Part shown: one piece after another, positions 53,080 to 64,000 of the stretch
Layout of the letters: each line of letters begins with the position of its first letter
How positions within the stretch are numbered: the stretch's first letter is position 1
NCBI GenBank assembly: GCA_009103225.1
Contig: RHPI01000008.1
Coordinates: 62,001-126,000, forward strand
Reading direction: 5' to 3'
Origin: Chlorokybus atmophyticus
Lineage: Eukaryota; Plantae; Mesostigma and Chlorokybus algae
DNA: 64,000 nt
Notes under the pieces: model-generated
The model's input: only the letters and a program-made list of their open reading frames with translations
Told to the model about the DNA's origin: nothing
Databases searched by the model: none
Made by a program: the position numbers and the translations under genes

Positions 53080-54409
53080 GTGGGGAGGACTTGTTGTTGT
53101 TGTTGTCGTTGTTGTTGTTATAGTCACGCATGCGGGCATTGTTGTCGTTACACAGTTGGATCTATCATCAAGGTGACACACACACGACTAGGCATTTGCT
53201 GTGCAATGACACACTCGCCTCCATCACGCGTCGGGACACCGCTCAGCGAATGCGCAAAGTGTGCTTTGAATGCTTTGTGTCTGCCGTGGTGGCGGTATAA
53301 GCATCGATACACACATGTCTTTCGCCACCTGTTCATTGGAGTTTGACTTTACATGTGTGTTTAGTTGGTTACCGCAACTTGGTAAGTGGTGTGTGCCTGT
53401 CTTTACAACAAGACGCAAGCAGCATTGCATGTTGAGTTGGAGGAATGTATCCACATTGTGTGCCTGCCAGAGCTGTACAGGTGGCGCACACAGTTGTTAT
53501 TGTTACCAAGCGCAAGTAAAAAACAAAAAGGGTGCCCAGTCGTGGTCATGTAGGGTGGGATTCAGCCCCATTGTACATGCGCACACATCACAGCTTGCAT
53601 GCGTAGAATGCAACATGTTGCGTCGCACTCGCACCTGCGCATGTGCGCACTTGTCAAACAACCAGTCAGTACATGTTGCCCGACTTGAAGCTATCTCCCT
53701 TCCATCCTCCAACAGCACCTGGCAGTGCACTTGAGGCTATCTACCACAACATTGCTAGACTCTCGCTAGAATGCGAGTAGGTCTGCATGCAGCATCTCAC
53801 ATATTGCTCGCTCGATGCTTAGAAAACCCAGTTTGCTCTGTAGAACATCATGGTTGCAGATTGATATGGTTTTGAAAAGATGCATACGGTCATAGGAGTT
53901 GGTTGAGTAGACAGACTCTGGTAGTCAACCCAACTCGTATGCGAGTCATCTCGGATGACTGATGCCGCAGCTTGCATTTCACGTAGGTAAACCAGTGTAT
54001 TGCGCATGGCAACCAGAGAGGCAGCACCCTGATGCTAGTAGGGGTACAACTAACAAGGGTACAACTAACAGGGGTACAACTAGCAGATGCTCTTGTTGCG
54101 CTTCTCTATTAGCTCCCTCTAACTGCTGGTATACGCAAGACAACCAAACACCACCTCAGGCATCAAGTAGCAACTGCTGCAAGTGAGCAGTCACTTGGTC
54201 AATGGTATTCATGTCATCCTCGTTGGTGTTGTAACTGGGCTGGTGATGCGGCAGCAACAGAAACGTCTGCGCAGTCGCAGCACACAAGTATCAGAGAGGG
54301 ATCAGCAGCAAAAGGGTGGTGGCTGTCATACTTGCACACCACCTTGTTTGCTTGCGACTGACTGACACTGCTGATGAAGGCGGTTTGTGTAACTGCAGTG
54401 TTATGTACG

Positions 54410-60525
<6,116 letters not shown>

Positions 60526-60669
60526 AGTAACAAATGAGCACTCGTGTCAATACAATTAGATTAGCCAGCACACGAACCAACAACATACAACGGCGTGTCG
60601 TATGCAACCACCATACCTCAAGCTCTTCACAAAGAGAAAGCGGGGTCAGGTCAAGCATTCCTGTCATTG

Positions 60670-61170
60670 ACAGGTAGTGAAGTTAGAACGGGCATGTTCA
60701 AATACCAAATGCTACAATGATGGCGCCATCGACGCAAATGTTGCACAGCAGAGCACGCGTGTACCTTCCCATCTGCCTACTTTAAGTGACAACCGTTCAA
60801 GAGTGGCGCAGGGAGAGACTACGAGGAAAGGGTCAATACCCTGCTTGAAGTTCAGCCGCCAGAGGTCAAGGTCCACAGATGTTATGTTAGGAAAGACGTC
60901 TGCAATGTCCTCTAGGAAGTGTATGCCTTGGCCTCTTTCGCCTCGTTTGACCCTTAGATTGCGCACCAACTCGCAATCCAGAGCAAACTCTCCTTCGCTC
61001 TCCTGTAGCAGCCTCCACGTCTCTTTCATGCTGCGTGCTGTTGTGCCACAACAGTCGCATGTTTTCTCAGGCACACAAAACTCCAGAGTCTCCCAGCAGT
61101 CGCTCTCTGCCTTGAGCGCATCACGCACAGTCTTGCCCACAAGCAGAAGCTGTGTCGCCTCATTCTGCAA
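60670..61170 (-). CDS. Exon with weak F-box/LRR-like character and an in-frame TAG at 60712-60714
   Basis: QLLLVGKTVRDAL, FPNITSVDLDLW, CATLERLSLKV and APSL*HLVFEH. Confidence 0.3.
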
Positions 61171-63539
61171 ATGCACATATGTATCAATCAGCACACGTAG
61201 CAGCATTTTGCCAATGTGCTCTAACGCAATGTACACGGGCACATATCTACAGCTGAATGTGCGCACATGCGCGCACATTTGATTGCCATTCAGCATGCAA
61301 GTGACCACTAATGTTCACACAGTTACACCACAATGAACACTGCAACGCTTAAACACATACGTGCATGCACAGAAATAAGGAAGCGGGCAGACAGGTACGT
61401 CGGTGTAGGCATATGCAAAGGTATGCATAAATTAAGCCCTGCGGGCGAGACACCAGCGCCAACAGTTGCTTACCGCCGTAGGGCTGGCCTTAGCCAATAT
61501 GATAGACAGCAATGGTGCCGGCAGAGACAAGAGCTGGAGAGCACACACGAGGGATTAGGGAATTGCACACCGTACTGCTGAACAAGCAGCAAGATGATGC
61601 ATACACAAATGCCCATACAGACATTCCCAGTGTGCTTGTGGGTGGCCGTCCAATGCTATTCAGTCCCAACTGCAGGCATACATAAGAACCCACCCACATG
61701 ATAATACAGATTACAAACGTAGGCCCGTACCGTTCCTTGCTCAGCCATTGACTTGGGAGAAATGTCGCACGCATCCACAATGTGGCTTCAGCTGAACCTG
61801 GTAAAACACTATGTCGATCACAGGACGCTGCCACAGCAGCAGCAATGACCCTTATAATGAGCCGTGTGGGTGTCATATTATGCCATTGTGCAAGTAGTCG
61901 CTGATTTTCCAAGACACGGCTGCTGTTGGTGCTGCACATGGTCACTTGTGCTATGGATGTGCGTTTGCGTGCAAGCAATTGCATACGTGCGCGCAACCAG
62001 TGAAGCAACACTGCGCAAGCAAGCAAGGCCCCGGCGTGCAGCGGCACAACTGCGGTATCTCTTGGTGCCACAGAACACACACAAGAGAACCCAGCTGACC
62101 ATCAGCCAACCAGTAGACTTGCTATGCCACAGCCTGCACATAATGCCGCCCCAGCGCGTGTGTGTGATGCATACGCAGCTCAAGCAAGCACCGCATTGGT
62201 AACCATGCCATGCAGCAGCCAGCAAGAAAGCCAGCCAAGCAGAAAAGGGCAAACGTAAGCTCTGCACTAAGCCCAAGCTCAGTTGCACAACACCCACAAG
62301 CACGACCCGCCTGCCCTCCCCCAACGTACCTCCGCCACCTCCGCCACCGCCGCCGTCGCCACAGCTGCTTACCCTGCCTGCTGACCACTTGCACGCTTGC
62401 AGAAAGCGCGGGAAACATTAGATGCCAGTTTGCTACACTGTACTGGCACGTCATAATGGTCATAACTGGCTACAGCACAGTATGCATACTGGCATACATA
62501 CTGGCGTGCGTACTGGTTTGTTGGCATGCTTGTAGGCACAACACTGGCTGGTGGGCTGGTGCCAGGAGCGGCGGGGGCGGCGGCGGCGGAGGAGGGTCAG
62601 CTGCCGTCGTTGCTGTTGTATTGGTGGCGTGTGTATTGTGTGGGTTAAGCTAGGCTGCCAGCTTGTCGGCTAGCAAGCAGGAGGAGGAAGAAGCAAAAGG
62701 CTGGTGCGCTGTGCTGTGTGGTAGTCCTTGCTTGCAGTCACAGCATACTCCAATGCTGGAAACCAGTGCTGCTGTGACATGCAATACTAAGCAGGCTAAA
62801 GCACCAGTCATGAACTTGAGCGCATGCATCCAACACAAGTACAATCTACACTATACTTGCAGCATGGACATGCAAGCACACGCAATCCCCACCCCACGAA
62901 GCATTTACCGTCCCCACTGTGTACACATGCGCACACCTACATGCGTGTTCGCGTGCAGTGCCAAAGGACCACTTGGCTTGTGGTGGAGTGCGAGGCGAGT
63001 GGGGTTGGTTCACATGCGTGTGTCTGCATCTGTTTGCTTATGAAAGTGGTACTACTTTAGTGTGAACACTGTACTTCATGTTAAATTAGCTTTCCACACC
63101 AATTCTCGTGCGCGCAGGCGCTGACAACCTTTGTGCATGGTACACATTCTCGATAGAATGCTTGGGCGTATAGCTGTTTACCGACGTTGATGAGCAAAGT
63201 GATAGACGGTATGCATTAATCAAAACTTATGGCATGCAGAGTAAGCAAGCTGCCCTGGTGGACACAACCAGCACACAAACATGGCCGGTAGTGGTGGTCC
63301 GTCTGCTGCGAGAAGAGCCATCAGTAAGCGTTGTATGTGTGCACAGCAGCTGGTGTGGAGCGCTTTGTTTGTCTTGGTTCCTTGCTTGCTACTTCAAGTA
63401 TCCAGTATACACAGATGGTAACTGTGTTGCTATCCTTTACTTGTCAGCTGCTGTCTCTTCAACTCCCTTGATTGTGCGCATCTTCCAACCGGCATGTCCC
63501 ACAGCGGTGAGTGTGTGAGCATGCCCTCAAGCAAGCGCA

Positions 63540-63930
63540 AGAGCAAGAGCAAGTACTGCTCTAATCTTGGCTGTGCATATACACGGAAATATTGTTGGTA
63601 TGCATTGTTTGCTCTTGTGCAGCGGGAGACTGCAAGGCTAATGTTGGTGTGTAAAGGAGTGTGAGACGCGCTCAAGAGCGAGAGCCGCTTGTGGTCTACA
63701 GTCAGGTTGACACCAAGTGTCGGGCTATACGAAACATTTGACGCTTTGCTGACAAGCGCATTGCTCTCGACTGCAAGCTGGTCGACAACGTGACATTGCG
63801 AGGGTTGCAGCCGAGAGATGTTGAATTGCTTTATGCTATCCACAAGGTTTACCCGAATATCACCCACATAGACTGCAGGCTGGAAGGAATCGTTGATTCC
63901 GAAGAGATCACCCGTTCTTCTTGGGACTGT
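63540..63930 (-). CDS. Exon of an unknown gene continuing beyond the window
   Basis: Open frame after TTTAG: KNTVPRRTGDLFGINDSFQPAVYVGDIRVNLVDS...YAQPRLEQ. Confidence 0.3.
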
Positions 63931-64000
63931 GTTTTTCTAAAGCGTTGGAAAGCGTGCGTCTCTCAGTTGAGGTCTGCAAGGGTGACCTTGATGTTGGCCC

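Overview
Eukaryotic nuclear scaffold with spliceosomal introns, microsatellites and N-gaps. It is most likely from a green alga, because it carries a plastid ycf1 fragment and plant-type TRM61; the species cannot be determined. From 1.8 to 17.8 kb there is a nested transposon stack. A pogo-like MITE was split by a 15.9-kb Ty3/Gypsy LTR retrotransposon (GACT target duplication). That element contains gag-pol, a TTAA-flanked non-autonomous DNA element, an extra Arg/Ser-rich ORF and an intron-containing Crypton-type tyrosine-recombinase/GCR1_C element. The Gypsy LTRs have asymmetric 3' ends, and a circle-junction-like CACA-GC-TGTG motif sits between the PPT and the 3' LTR; this is the most unusual signal in the window. 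From 19 to 31 kb are degenerate sequences: a possible Crinkler-like gene, a 211-bp-arm hairpin, a pogo DDE_1 transposase and a second Gypsy remnant. From 32 to 50 kb are host genes: a plastid-targeted MDR oxidoreductase, TRM61, and a four-copy BTB gene array with a ycf1 NUPT. From 51 to 64 kb are a partial WD40 gene and poorly resolved minus-strand genes. All exon structures and identities were read by eye and are unverified.
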